A stretch of 64,000 nucleotides of DNA from an uncultured Acidobacteriota bacterium (GTDB lineage Bacteria; Acidobacteriota; Thermoanaerobaculia; UBA5066), in NCBI GenBank assembly GCA_963779415.1, contig CAVZYA010000002.1, positions 1,088,001 through 1,152,000 of the forward strand. Direction: 5' to 3'. Shown one piece after another: positions 49,877 through 59,026 of this stretch. Below the pieces are notes generated by a model. The model was not told the origin of the DNA and made no database searches. It saw only the letters and a list, made by a program, of their open reading frames with translations. Position numbers and translations under genes: made by a program. Position 1 is the stretch's first letter, and every line of letters starts with the position of its first letter.

Positions 49877-50590
49877 ATGATCCGATTCCTCAAGCGTCCC
49901 GAGAGAATTCTGATCGCCGTGGGGCTGGTCCTCCTCGGCATCTATGGCGCTGCATGGGCGCACCGCGTCATCCTGAGCCGATCGAGCCTTCGCGCCTTCG
50001 AGAAAGCGAAGCTCGCAGCGCCGACGGCGACCCCGGATCCGGCCGTGGCCCTGCCCGCCGCCTCGCCCCCGGCGGTCCCCTCACCGCGCCTCGACCTCTC
50101 GAGCGGCATCCCGGCGGACGTGGACACGTCGCTCTGGTCCGAAAAAAGGATCCGCGACTACAGGGCAAGCCTGAAGAAGCGTTTCGACCTGCCGCTCGCT
50201 GTCCTCCGGATACCGAAGATCGGTCTCGAAGTGCCGGTCCTCGAGGGGACGGACGACCTCACCCTCAACCGCGGCGTGGGCCACATCGAAGGGACGCCAC
50301 AGCCGGGCGAGGCCGGGAACTCCGGGATCGCCGGCCATCGCGACGGGTTCTTCCGCGGCCTGAAGGACATCGCCGTGGGGGACCGGATCGGACTCGTCAC
50401 GCTCGTCGGGAACGAGTCGTACGAGGTCGACCGGATCACGATCGTCTCTCCCGACGACGTCTCGGTGCTCGCGGACAGCGGGGAGCCTTCGCTCACACTC
50501 GTGACCTGCTACCCGTTCTACTTCGTTGGCGACGCGCCGCGCCGGTACATCGTCCGGGCCGTCCGCGTTGCTCCCGTCGCCGGCCGCTGA
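49877..50590 (+). CDS. Sortase (class D-like)
   Basis: N-terminal TM; GIAGHRD (His), TLVTCYPF (Cys) and RRYIVRA (Arg) catalytic triad. Confidence 0.92.
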   Translation: MIRFLKRPERILIAVGLVLLGIYGAAWAHRVILSRSSLRAFEKAKLAAPTATPDPAVALPAASPPAVPSPRLDLSSGIPADVDTSLWSEKRIRDYRASLKKRFDLPLAVLRIPKIGLEVPVLEGTDDLTLNRGVGHIEGTPQPGEAGNSGIAGHRDGFFRGLKDIAVGDRIGLVTLVGNESYEVDRITIVSPDDVSVLADSGEPSLTLVTCYPFYFVGDAPRRYIVRAVRVAPVAGR

Positions 50591-50726
50591 ACGCGTCGTC
50601 CTCGTCTGCGAGCGGCTGACATCACCGGGTGCAGACAAGGCTGGCGAAGCGTGATTTCCTGCCGTGGGCTGTCGTAACATCGCCGCCCGTGTCGCCTGAC
50701 CAATCGTTCTTTTTCACCCGGAAAGA

Positions 50727-50742
50727 CGGAACACACATTGCA
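50727..50742 (+). promoter_or_regulatory. Putative sigma54 promoter
   Basis: CGGAACACACATTGCA has GG-N10-GC with TTGCA, about 55 bp before the ATG at 50798. Confidence 0.5.
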
Positions 50743-50797
50743 TGATTTCCGAGGAATCCCGCCCGTTGCGGGCGAACTGTCCTCCAAGGAGGTCTTC

Positions 50798-51454
50798 ATG
50801 AATCGCTTCGGAAGAATTCTCGCGGCGACAGCAGGCGTCATCGTGGGGGCGCTTCTCATCGCGGCCCCGGCCACCGCCCAGAACGTCCCGAACACTTGGG
50901 AAGTCACCGTCCTCGGTGGCGGCGAGTTCGGGAACCAGATCTATCAGGGGCACCACACCGACGTCGACGTGGCGACCGCCTTCACGTACGGCCTTCGCCT
51001 CGGCTACAACATCACTCCGGCGTTCGAGGTGGAAGTCGGATGGAACGGGTCCAAGGCCGACCTGAACGCCACGGCGTGGGGGCCGGGTGGACAGGACGGA
51101 AAGATCGGGACCCTGAGGCAGGACATCTACGAAGCGAGCGCGCTCTGGCACTGGGGGAGCCGCCGGGTGAGCGGCTACGCCGGCCTGGGTCTCGGGGCGA
51201 TCAACTTCTCGCCGGACATCAGCGGAGTCAGCGCATCGTCGAGCACGAGGTTCACGGGGAGCTTCGTTCTCGGCGGGAAGTTCAGCCTGACGCCGCGCGT
51301 CGCGCTGCGGGTGGAAGGACGCCTTCGCAGCTCCGACACCGGCCAGCAGACCTCTTCGGGGGGCTGGTGTGATTACACCTACGGCTGCTACTACTACTCG
51401 ACCACCTGGTACACCTCAGGAGAGGTGACGGGCGGCCTGCTCGTCCGGTTCTGA
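50798..51454 (+). CDS. Small (OmpA/OmpW-type) outer-membrane beta-barrel
   Basis: AAGGAGG RBS, signal peptide, YGLRLGY, C-terminal GGLLVRF. Confidence 0.78.
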   Translation: MNRFGRILAATAGVIVGALLIAAPATAQNVPNTWEVTVLGGGEFGNQIYQGHHTDVDVATAFTYGLRLGYNITPAFEVEVGWNGSKADLNATAWGPGGQDGKIGTLRQDIYEASALWHWGSRRVSGYAGLGLGAINFSPDISGVSASSSTRFTGSFVLGGKFSLTPRVALRVEGRLRSSDTGQQTSSGGWCDYTYGCYYYSTTWYTSGEVTGGLLVRF

Positions 51455-51458
51455 GGGC

Positions 51459-52028
51459 GTGGCGGAATTGGACTCCCCGGTGGCGCATCGCCTCCTGCGT
51501 GCGGTGCTCACCGGGGTTTTCCTTCTCGTCGCCCCGGCCTGCTCGACGCTCAAGGTCAGCACGGACTACGACCGGACCGTCGATTTCGCCGCCTACCGGA
51601 CGTACGGCTGGATCGACACGCAGGAGATCCGCAACACCCTCCTGAAGAAGCGCGTCATGGCCGCCGTGGACGAGGAGCTGCAGGGGAAGGGGCTGGTCCT
51701 GAAGCAGGACGGCTCCGACCTCGAGGTCGCCATCCATCCGCGCTTCTCGAGCGAGGTCATGGTGAACACCTACAGCACCGGATGGGGCTACAGCTCTGGC
51801 TGGGGCGGGTGGGGGGGCGTCGGGGCCGGAGGGACGACCTCCACCGTCAGCGAGGTCCCCGTCGGGACGCTCATCGTCGACCTCGTCGACACGCGCCGGA
51901 AGGAGCTGGTCTGGCGGGGGACGGCCACGAGCCCGATCGACTCGGAGGCCTCGGCCGGGGAGCGGCAGGAGATGGTGAACGACGCCATCCGGAAGCTCTT
52001 CGAGGACTACCCGCCGAAGAAGAAATAG
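51459..52028 (+). CDS. DUF4136 lipoprotein
   Basis: APAC lipobox; DFAAYRTY and GTLIVDLVD..LVWRG motifs. Confidence 0.85.
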   Translation: MAELDSPVAHRLLRAVLTGVFLLVAPACSTLKVSTDYDRTVDFAAYRTYGWIDTQEIRNTLLKKRVMAAVDEELQGKGLVLKQDGSDLEVAIHPRFSSEVMVNTYSTGWGYSSGWGGWGGVGAGGTTSTVSEVPVGTLIVDLVDTRRKELVWRGTATSPIDSEASAGERQEMVNDAIRKLFEDYPPKKK

Positions 52029-52102
52029 ACCCCTCTCGAACGAGAAGCGGAGAAGGCGCTAGACTCTCACGCATCGATCCCCGAGGTACGGAAAGGAACA
52101 AG

Positions 52103-52966
52103 ATGAGCGCCAGCCGGAAACCCGTACAGCTTCTCCTCGCCGCCGCTTTCGTCCTCGCCACGAGCGCCGAAGCCCAGGTCGGGAACTCCTATTACGCCCA
52201 GCAGCGCGGGATGAACGAGAGATTCCGGCTGGACATCGGCGGCTTCTTCCAGAAGTTCGACACGACCGTCTCGGTTGAAGGGTCGGACGGACGCCCCGGG
52301 ACCGAAGTCAACCTGGAGGACGTCCTCGGCCAGAACTCCCACCAGACGAACCTCCGGCTGGACGGCTACTGGCGGTTCGGCCCGCACGGGAGCCTCGTCT
52401 TCGGTTACCGGGGATGGCACCGGACAAACGAGCACGTCATCGACCGCGACATCAACATCGGTGACACGACCTATGAGGCCGGTGCGAACGTCTCCACGGA
52501 CAACCGCGTCAACGTCTTCCAGCTCTACTACGCCTACTCGTTCATCAACAACGGCGACATGGAGCTGGGGGCGATGCTCGGCCTCTCGGCCTACTACACG
52601 AAGCTGTCGTTCGAAGCGTCGGGATACGTCATCGGGCCGGGGGGTTCCGTCGGCGCGACGACCGGGAACGAGGCCAAGAACCTCCTCGCGCCGGTTCCGG
52701 GCATCGGGGCTTTCTTCAAGTACACGCTCCTTCCCCGCACCTTCATCTACGCAGAGATCAAGGGGCTCCCGACGGTCACTATCAGCGGCTACAGCGGAAG
52801 CATGATCGACGTCACGGCAGGGCTTGACTACTACTTCACGAAGAATGTCGGCATCGGCGGCGGATACGAGTACTCGAAAATTACGTACCACGGCGCCTCG
52901 ACGCCGCGGGTCGGGATCGACTACAAGTACAGCGGGCCTCTCGTCTACGTGACCATTGCCTTCTGA
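52103..52966 (+). CDS. Outer-membrane beta-barrel protein
   Basis: Signal peptide; GGFFQKFDT shared with 42176-43045; C-terminal YSGPLVYVTIAF. Confidence 0.75.
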   Translation: MSASRKPVQLLLAAAFVLATSAEAQVGNSYYAQQRGMNERFRLDIGGFFQKFDTTVSVEGSDGRPGTEVNLEDVLGQNSHQTNLRLDGYWRFGPHGSLVFGYRGWHRTNEHVIDRDINIGDTTYEAGANVSTDNRVNVFQLYYAYSFINNGDMELGAMLGLSAYYTKLSFEASGYVIGPGGSVGATTGNEAKNLLAPVPGIGAFFKYTLLPRTFIYAEIKGLPTVTISGYSGSMIDVTAGLDYYFTKNVGIGGGYEYSKITYHGASTPRVGIDYKYSGPLVYVTIAF

Positions 52967-52980
52967 CGCGTCCCGGTTCC

Positions 52981-53673
52981 GTGAAGGGGATCCTGGAAGG
53001 GCTGACCCTCTTTCAACGTATTACGTATCCGCAGCACAGGGACCTCTTCGAACGTCTCGCCCGGAAGCAGACGCCGCAGGCCGCGTTCGTCGCCTGCTCC
53101 GACTCGCGCATCGTCCCGAACCTTCTCGTTCAGGCCGAGCCCAGGGACCTCTTCATCGTCCGAAACGCCGGAAACATCGTCCCGCCGGCTGGCTCGGGGT
53201 ACGACGGCACGATCGCGTCGCTGGAGTACGCGATCTTCGAGCTCGGCATCCGCGACGTCATCCTCTGCGGCCAATCGAACTGCGGCGCGATGAAGGGGGT
53301 CCTCCATCCGGAGAAGCTCGACGAGCTGCCGGCCACGCGGCAGTGGGTCGGCTATGCCGAGCCGGCGCGGCGCGCGGTGGAGGCGGCCCATCCCGGGGCC
53401 GACGGCGAGGAGGCGCTGGGTCTCGCCGCGAAGTACAACGTGATCGCCCAGGTCCGGAACATCCTCACCTATCCCCGCATCCGGCCCCTCGTCGAGAGGA
53501 ACGAGCTGGAACTGTACGGATGGGTCTACGACATCGCCACGGGGCACGTGAAGGGTCTCGACGCGAGCGGCCGGAAATTCGTCTCGCTCGGCGGCGACGA
53601 GAAGGGCTCACCCGACGAGCGGCACGTCCTCGCCTCCGTCGAGAACGACGAGGAGTTCTGGGAGAAGCTCTAG
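52981..53673 (+). CDS. Beta-class carbonic anhydrase
   Basis: ACSDSR, FIVRNAGN, GWVYDI; the usual CGHSxCG reads CGQSNCG (Zn-ligand His replaced by Gln). Confidence 0.85.
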   Translation: MKGILEGLTLFQRITYPQHRDLFERLARKQTPQAAFVACSDSRIVPNLLVQAEPRDLFIVRNAGNIVPPAGSGYDGTIASLEYAIFELGIRDVILCGQSNCGAMKGVLHPEKLDELPATRQWVGYAEPARRAVEAAHPGADGEEALGLAAKYNVIAQVRNILTYPRIRPLVERNELELYGWVYDIATGHVKGLDASGRKFVSLGGDEKGSPDERHVLASVENDEEFWEKL

Positions 53674-53915
53674 GAGAGCCGCAGGGCGTCGAGAAAGGCC
53701 CGCGGCGAGACGACCGCGACGCCGTGCCTGAGGCGCGCGGGGAAGTGGCGGAAGTTGTCCGTCACGAGGAACTCCGCTCCGGCCGCGACGGCGACTTCGA
53801 GAAAGGGCTCGTCGCTTTGGTCCGTGAGACGCCCCAGAAGCGGATGCGTCAGGACTTCTTCGCCATCACCTTCGATCTGCTCGAGAAGGCGGGCGACATC
53901 GAGCGGGTCGAAATC
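53670..53915 (-). pseudogene. C-terminal fragment of a PIN-domain (PIN_3-like) toxin
   Basis: DQSDEPFLEVAVAAGAEFLVTDNFRHFP..VSPRAFL; no N-terminal DTNV motif in frame. Confidence 0.6.
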
Positions 53916-54001
53916 TCCACGCCCGCGCCTTCCTTGTCTTTCTGGCGGAAGAGTCCGGCACCGTGACCCGGGTACCGTCCACCGTCTCGCGGCCCTCAGG
54001 C

Positions 54002-54574
54002 CTATTCGAGAGCCTTCGTCAGGAGGTCGGTGACGCCGAGCGTCCGCGCATGGCGCTCGAGGTAGGGGCGGTCGATCGTCCCGGCGCTCATTCGGAGAAC
54101 GCCGAGCACGTCGGACCATTGCCGCTCCGAGCACTCCCCTCCGAGCCGGTACCATTCCAGCTTTGCGAGGACGACGTCTTCCGCCGAAGCGATGGGAACG
54201 CGGATTCCGTCCTCGCCCCCCTCGACAGGCTCCTTCAGGGCGCGGGCGAGAGCCTCCGCATCCCAGGGACGGCCACGCGAGACGAAAACGTCCACCTTCA
54301 TCATCGTCCCGAGATGGACCAGGTTGAAGGACGACCGGTGTGCGATCGCGTCCCGAATCGCCTCCTCGCTCACGTAGTAATCGGGGCGGAAACCCTCCAC
54401 GAGCGCCGACACCTGCTCGATCTGGAGATCGGCCACGAGGTCGACGTCGAGGCTCGCTCGTGCGAGCCCGCGGGCCGAGCTGGCGATTGAGCCCCCGACG
54501 AAGAACCGGATTCCGAGGGAGTCCAGGACCCGGGCCACCGCAGCGAGAGTCTCGACGAGATCGGAACGCTTCAC
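54002..54574 (-). CDS. Nucleotidyltransferase-fold protein
   Basis: GGSIAS..R.SLDVD (GG/DxD), KVDVF, EDVVLAKL and WSDV motifs; GTG overlaps the upstream stop. Confidence 0.75.
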   Translation of the reverse strand: MKRSDLVETLAAVARVLDSLGIRFFVGGSIASSARGLARASLDVDLVADLQIEQVSALVEGFRPDYYVSEEAIRDAIAHRSSFNLVHLGTMMKVDVFVSRGRPWDAEALARALKEPVEGGEDGIRVPIASAEDVVLAKLEWYRLGGECSERQWSDVLGVLRMSAGTIDRPYLERHARTLGVTDLLTKALE

Positions 54575-54825
54575 GTACGCCGAGCCAGATCCGCGCGCAC
54601 CGCCCGTGCGAGCTCTTCCCCGTAGGAGAGAGCGACGAAACGGAGGCCGACTTCCCGTTCCGTGAATCCTGGATTCGCCCTTCGAATGGCGCGTCTCGAG
54701 AGCGCGCAAACGGACTCGCTGAGCGACAGCGCCAGGGAAAGCCTCCGCGCGGGGCTCGCGCGCCGGAGAAGCTCGATCTGGACAGCCTCGGCCTCGGGTC
54801 GCGTGTCGGAGACGATGGTCGGCAT
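54571..54825 (-). CDS. Small helical protein, putative partner of the nucleotidyltransferase
   Basis: DTRPEAEAVQIELLRRASPARRL..YG; translationally coupled to the downstream gene. Confidence 0.7.
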   Translation of the reverse strand: MPTIVSDTRPEAEAVQIELLRRASPARRLSLALSLSESVCALSRRAIRRANPGFTEREVGLRFVALSYGEELARAVRADLARRT

Positions 54826-54863
54826 CCGTCCGCGATTCTATGGCCGAACGGGGGCCGCCGCGC

Positions 54864-56969
54864 TCAGTACGCGAGCGTCTTCCGGACCGCCTCGAGCAGT
54901 TTCTCGGTCGAGGGAAGGACGGCCCGCTCGAGGATCCGGCTGAATCCGACGGGAGTGAAGGCCGAGCCGACGCGCTCGACGGGGGCGTCGAGATGCGCGA
55001 AGAGCTCCGAGGCGATCCGGGCCGCGATCTCGCCGCCGAACCCTCCGTGGACCTTGTCTTCGTGGGCGATGACGACCCGCGAGGTCTTCCTCACGGAAGC
55101 CGCGATCGCCTCGAAGTCGAGCGGGACGAGCGACCGGAGGTCGATCACCTCCACTTCCGTCCCCTCCGTCGAGAGCGTCGAGGCCACCTCCAGCGCGTGG
55201 TGGACCGGAGTGCCGTAGGCCAGGATCGTCAGGTGCCGTCCCTCGCGGCGGCGGCGCGCCTTTCCGAAAGGCACGGCGAAGCCGCGCGGGATGCGGGCGC
55301 GCGCCGTCGGGAGGTTGTAGAGGTACTTCGGCTCCAGAAAGAGCGTGAGCCCCCTCGAGCGGATCGCCGTCCGAAGCAGCCCCGCCGCGTCATCGGCGAA
55401 GGACGGCACGACGATCCGGATCCCCGGGAGCGTCGTCAGCCACCCTTCGATGTTCTGCGAATGGTAAAGGCCGCCGCCGATGTAGCCGCCGGAGGCGAGC
55501 CGGACCGTCACGTTCGGGACGAACTGCCCGTTCGACCGCCAGTAGTCGTGGGACATCTCCACCATCTGCTCGGCCGCAGGCCAGAAGTAGTCGGCGAACT
55601 CGGCTCCCTCGACGACGATTCGGATCTTCTCGGAGAGGCGCGAGAAGCCCCCGGCCGTTCCGAGGATGAAGTCCTCGGCGATGGGGGCGTTGAAGACCCG
55701 CCGTTCGCCGAACTCCTGCTGCATCCCCTTCGTGACGTTGAAGACGCCCCCCTTGTCCTTGTTCGCGATGTCCTGTCCCCAGAGGAACGCGTCGGGGTTC
55801 TCGCGGAACGTCTCTTTCAGCGCCGTGTTGATCGACTGGAGCATCGTCATCTCCGGCGCCGTGTCGGATGCGGGGGTCACGTCGACCGAGGCGAGACCGT
55901 CCCCTTCCGGGACCCAGGGCGCGGGGGAGACGAAGTCGAAGATCGACTCCGCTTTCGGGTCGGGAGCCTTGCGGGCACGGTCCGTGGCGTCGTCGTAGGA
56001 CTTCTGGTTCCGCGCCTCGACCTCCGCGATCTCCTCCTCGGAGAAGGCGCCCCCTTCGACGAGGAGGCGGCGGAGCCGCGGGAGCGGGTCGCGCGCCTTC
56101 GCGGCGGCCAGCTCCTCGGCCGAGCGGTAGAGTTCGTGGCGGTCGGAGTTGGAGTGCGAATGGATCCGGACGCAGTCGGCGTGGACGATCGCGGCGCCGG
56201 CGCCCGTCCCGAGGAAGGCCACGGCCTCCCGCATCGCGCGGACCGAGTCGAAGAGGTCCGTCCCGTCGCAATGGAGGATCCGGAGGTTCAGGAACCCCCG
56301 GAAATTGTCGGAGGCGAAGAGGTTCGCCGTCTGGTCCCGCTTCGGCACCGAGATGCCGTAGCCGTTGTCCTGGACGACGAAGACGACGGGAAGCTTCTCC
56401 TTCGAGGCACCGTTCACGGCCTCGTAGAAGTAACCCTCGGAGGTCGACGACTCGCCGGTCGAGCAGTAGACGATCTCCGAGCGGCCGTACGCCTTGACCG
56501 CGCGGGCGAGCCCGACTGCGTGGAGGGCGTGGTTCGAGACGGAGGAGGAGACGTTCTGGATCCGGAGCGCGAACTTCGCGAAGTGGTTCGACATGTGCCG
56601 GCCGCCGGAGGCGAGGTCGGTCGCCTTCGACATCCCGTTGAGGAGGATCTCCTCCGGCGTGATCCCGGCCGCGAGGCAGGTCGCGAGGTCGCGGTAGTAC
56701 GGGAAGAGCCAGTCGCGCCCAGGCCGGAAGGTCGTGCCGAGGGCGATCTGGATCCCGTCGTGACCGGCGCAGGGAGCGTGGTACGACCAGCCGAGCCCCT
56801 GCTTGAGATAGTTCGGCGCCTTGTCGTCGAGAAGACGCGCCATGTGCATCAACGCAAACCACCGCCGAAGCTCCTCGCGGCTCGGCGAGAGGAGCGCCAG
56901 TGCGGAAGAGATCGCCGCCGCGGCCCCCGAGGACGAAGACGGCGGGGCGGCAAGAAGAGGATCGCGCAC
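54864..56969 (-). CDS. 2-oxoacid (probably branched-chain) dehydrogenase E1, fused alpha/beta
   Basis: PYYRD, GESSTSEG..DNGYGIS ThDP motif, HSNSD, GGGLYHSQ and FLEPK; GGAGG RBS before TTG/GTG at 56972/56969. Confidence 0.9.
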   Translation of the reverse strand: MRDPLLAAPPSSSSGAAAAISSALALLSPSREELRRWFALMHMARLLDDKAPNYLKQGLGWSYHAPCAGHDGIQIALGTTFRPGRDWLFPYYRDLATCLAAGITPEEILLNGMSKATDLASGGRHMSNHFAKFALRIQNVSSSVSNHALHAVGLARAVKAYGRSEIVYCSTGESSTSEGYFYEAVNGASKEKLPVVFVVQDNGYGISVPKRDQTANLFASDNFRGFLNLRILHCDGTDLFDSVRAMREAVAFLGTGAGAAIVHADCVRIHSHSNSDRHELYRSAEELAAAKARDPLPRLRRLLVEGGAFSEEEIAEVEARNQKSYDDATDRARKAPDPKAESIFDFVSPAPWVPEGDGLASVDVTPASDTAPEMTMLQSINTALKETFRENPDAFLWGQDIANKDKGGVFNVTKGMQQEFGERRVFNAPIAEDFILGTAGGFSRLSEKIRIVVEGAEFADYFWPAAEQMVEMSHDYWRSNGQFVPNVTVRLASGGYIGGGLYHSQNIEGWLTTLPGIRIVVPSFADDAAGLLRTAIRSRGLTLFLEPKYLYNLPTARARIPRGFAVPFGKARRRREGRHLTILAYGTPVHHALEVASTLSTEGTEVEVIDLRSLVPLDFEAIAASVRKTSRVVIAHEDKVHGGFGGEIAARIASELFAHLDAPVERVGSAFTPVGFSRILERAVLPSTEKLLEAVRKTLAY

Positions 56970-57144
56970 CAATACCTCCGGATTCGGCGGTCGCGGTGAT
57001 CGCGAACGGCCGGGCAACCTGACGGAATCTTACGTCATCTGACGGGGAGTCCGGCCGCGGTTCGGATAGAATCCGGCCCCCCGCCACCTGACGGCGCCCC
57101 GAAGAGGCTCGCCCCGGGAAGACATGCGGGAAGGAGTCCGATCC

Positions 57145-58638
57145 GTGCCCGAAACCGCCGCTACGACGACCGTTCTGGAGACCCTCGAAGCCGCCGACCG
57201 CCGTGCCTTCGAGGACGCACTGAAAGCCGACGACGCCTCCTCGAAGAAGAAGCTCGTGGAAGGCGAAACCGTCCTCGGCGTGATCGCCGGCATCACCCCC
57301 GACATCGTCCTCGTGTCGCTCGGGGGGAAGACCGAAGCGCTCATGGAGAAGGCCGAGCTGGAGGGGCTCAAGGTCGGCGACCGGGTGGAAGCCGTCGTCG
57401 TGAAGGCCGGTCCGGATGTGCGGCTCTCCCGCCGCCTCGCCCTCGGGCAGCGGACGCGGGCCGAGCTGCGCGCCGCGGCGAGCGCCCGGATCCCCGTGCA
57501 GGGGAAGGTGAGCTCCCGGAACAAGGGGGGGTTCGAGGTGATCCTCGGCGGCTCGTCGGGGCTGCGCGCCTTCTGTCCGGTCTCGCAGATCGACATCGGC
57601 CGGCACGAAGAAGAGGAGCTGAAGGCCCACCTCGGTCAGAGCTACGACTTCCGGATCCTCGAGTACACCGAGGACGGCCGGCGGATCGTCGTCTCGCGGG
57701 CGGCGCTCCTTCGCGAGGAGCAGGAAGCTCACGCCGCGGAGGCGCGGGAGAAGGTCGTGCCGGGCGCGGTCCTCCACGGCAAGATCCGCTCGATCACGGA
57801 CTTCGGCGCCTTCGTGGACCTCGGCGGGATCGACGGCCTCGTCCACGTGACGGAGATCTCGCGTCGCCGCATCGCGCACACGAAGGACGCTCTCACCGTC
57901 GGCCAGGAGGTCGACGTGAAGGTCCTCAGGATCGAGCAGGACGGGAAGAGGATCTCTCTCTCGATGAGGGAGCTGGAGGCGGACCCCTGGGAGGGGATCA
58001 CCTCGCACCTCGCGCCCGGCGCTCCCTTCTCGGGGAAGGTCGCCCGGCATGCCGACTTCGGCCTCTTCGTCGAGATCGAGCCGGGCGTCGACGGCCTCGT
58101 CCACGTGTCGCAGCTCCCGCCCGGCCTCACGCTGAAGGATGCCGCGGTCGCCGTCGGCGAGACGGTCACCGGCTGGGTGAAGGAGATCGATCTGGGCCAC
58201 CACCGGATCTCCCTGACCCTTCGCGAGGTGGCGACGGCCGACCCGTGGGAAGGGATCGAGGCGCGTTTCGGCGAGGGGACGCTCGCGAGCGGCGAGGTCG
58301 AGAACGTGGCCGCGTTCGGTGTCTTCGTCCACCTCGCGCCCGGACTCACCGGCCTGATCCCGAACTCGGAGACGGGCCTTCCCCACGGCACGCCGGCGAC
58401 GAAGAGCTTTTCCCCGGGGCAGAAGGTCGAGGTGAAGATCATCGGCCTCGACACGAAGCGGCGGCGGATCTCCCTCTCGGTGGCGGGCGCGAAGGCCGAC
58501 GCCGACCGTGTGGACCTGAAGCGCTACCGCGAGGACTCGGCGAAGCGCGAGAAGGAGAAGGCTCCCGCCGTCACCAACTTCGGCGCCTCGCTCCTCGCCG
58601 CGCTCGGAAGCCCGAAGAGCAGGCAGCTCCGAAAGTAG
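57145..58638 (+). CDS. rpsA: Ribosomal protein S1-like protein (five S1 domains)
   Basis: FGAFVDLGGIDGLVHVTEIS and four related repeats; GAAGGAG RBS. Confidence 0.75.
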   Translation: MPETAATTTVLETLEAADRRAFEDALKADDASSKKKLVEGETVLGVIAGITPDIVLVSLGGKTEALMEKAELEGLKVGDRVEAVVVKAGPDVRLSRRLALGQRTRAELRAAASARIPVQGKVSSRNKGGFEVILGGSSGLRAFCPVSQIDIGRHEEEELKAHLGQSYDFRILEYTEDGRRIVVSRAALLREEQEAHAAEAREKVVPGAVLHGKIRSITDFGAFVDLGGIDGLVHVTEISRRRIAHTKDALTVGQEVDVKVLRIEQDGKRISLSMRELEADPWEGITSHLAPGAPFSGKVARHADFGLFVEIEPGVDGLVHVSQLPPGLTLKDAAVAVGETVTGWVKEIDLGHHRISLTLREVATADPWEGIEARFGEGTLASGEVENVAAFGVFVHLAPGLTGLIPNSETGLPHGTPATKSFSPGQKVEVKIIGLDTKRRRISLSVAGAKADADRVDLKRYREDSAKREKEKAPAVTNFGASLLAALGSPKSRQLRK

Positions 58639-58694
58639 GCGCCACGCGCTCCCGGCTCGCCGGGACGTGATAGCGTTTCCCCGCGTTCTTTCAA

Positions 58695-58905
58695 ATCGTT
58701 CTCGGGTTCCCCCTTCCTCCGGGGGACCAGCCGCCATGCGCGGCCAAGAGGGAAGCGGGTGAGATTCCCGCGCGGCCCCCGCCACTGTGACCGGGGACGC
58801 GACGGACACGATCCCACTGGAGACGAGAAATCGGGCGGCGCCCGGTGGCGTCTCCGGGAAGGGGTCCGATCGCGGACGATCCGGGAGCCAGGAGACCTGC
58901 CCGGG
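58695..58905 (+). ncRNA. Cobalamin riboswitch
   Basis: AGAGGGAAGCGGGTGAGATTCCCGC, GCCCCCGCCACTGTGA, CCACTGG..CCGGGAAGG and GAGCCAGGAGACCTGCC elements; upstream of a TonB-dependent receptor. Confidence 0.92.
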
Positions 58906-59026
58906 GACATTGCATTCGCCTCGCCTTCTCCGGGGCTCGGGAGGGATGGGCCGCGCTCCGGGCGCACCCGGGACGCCGCCCTCTCCCTTCCGATGGGAAG
59001 ACGCGGCCGTCGCCCGGAGGGTCCCG

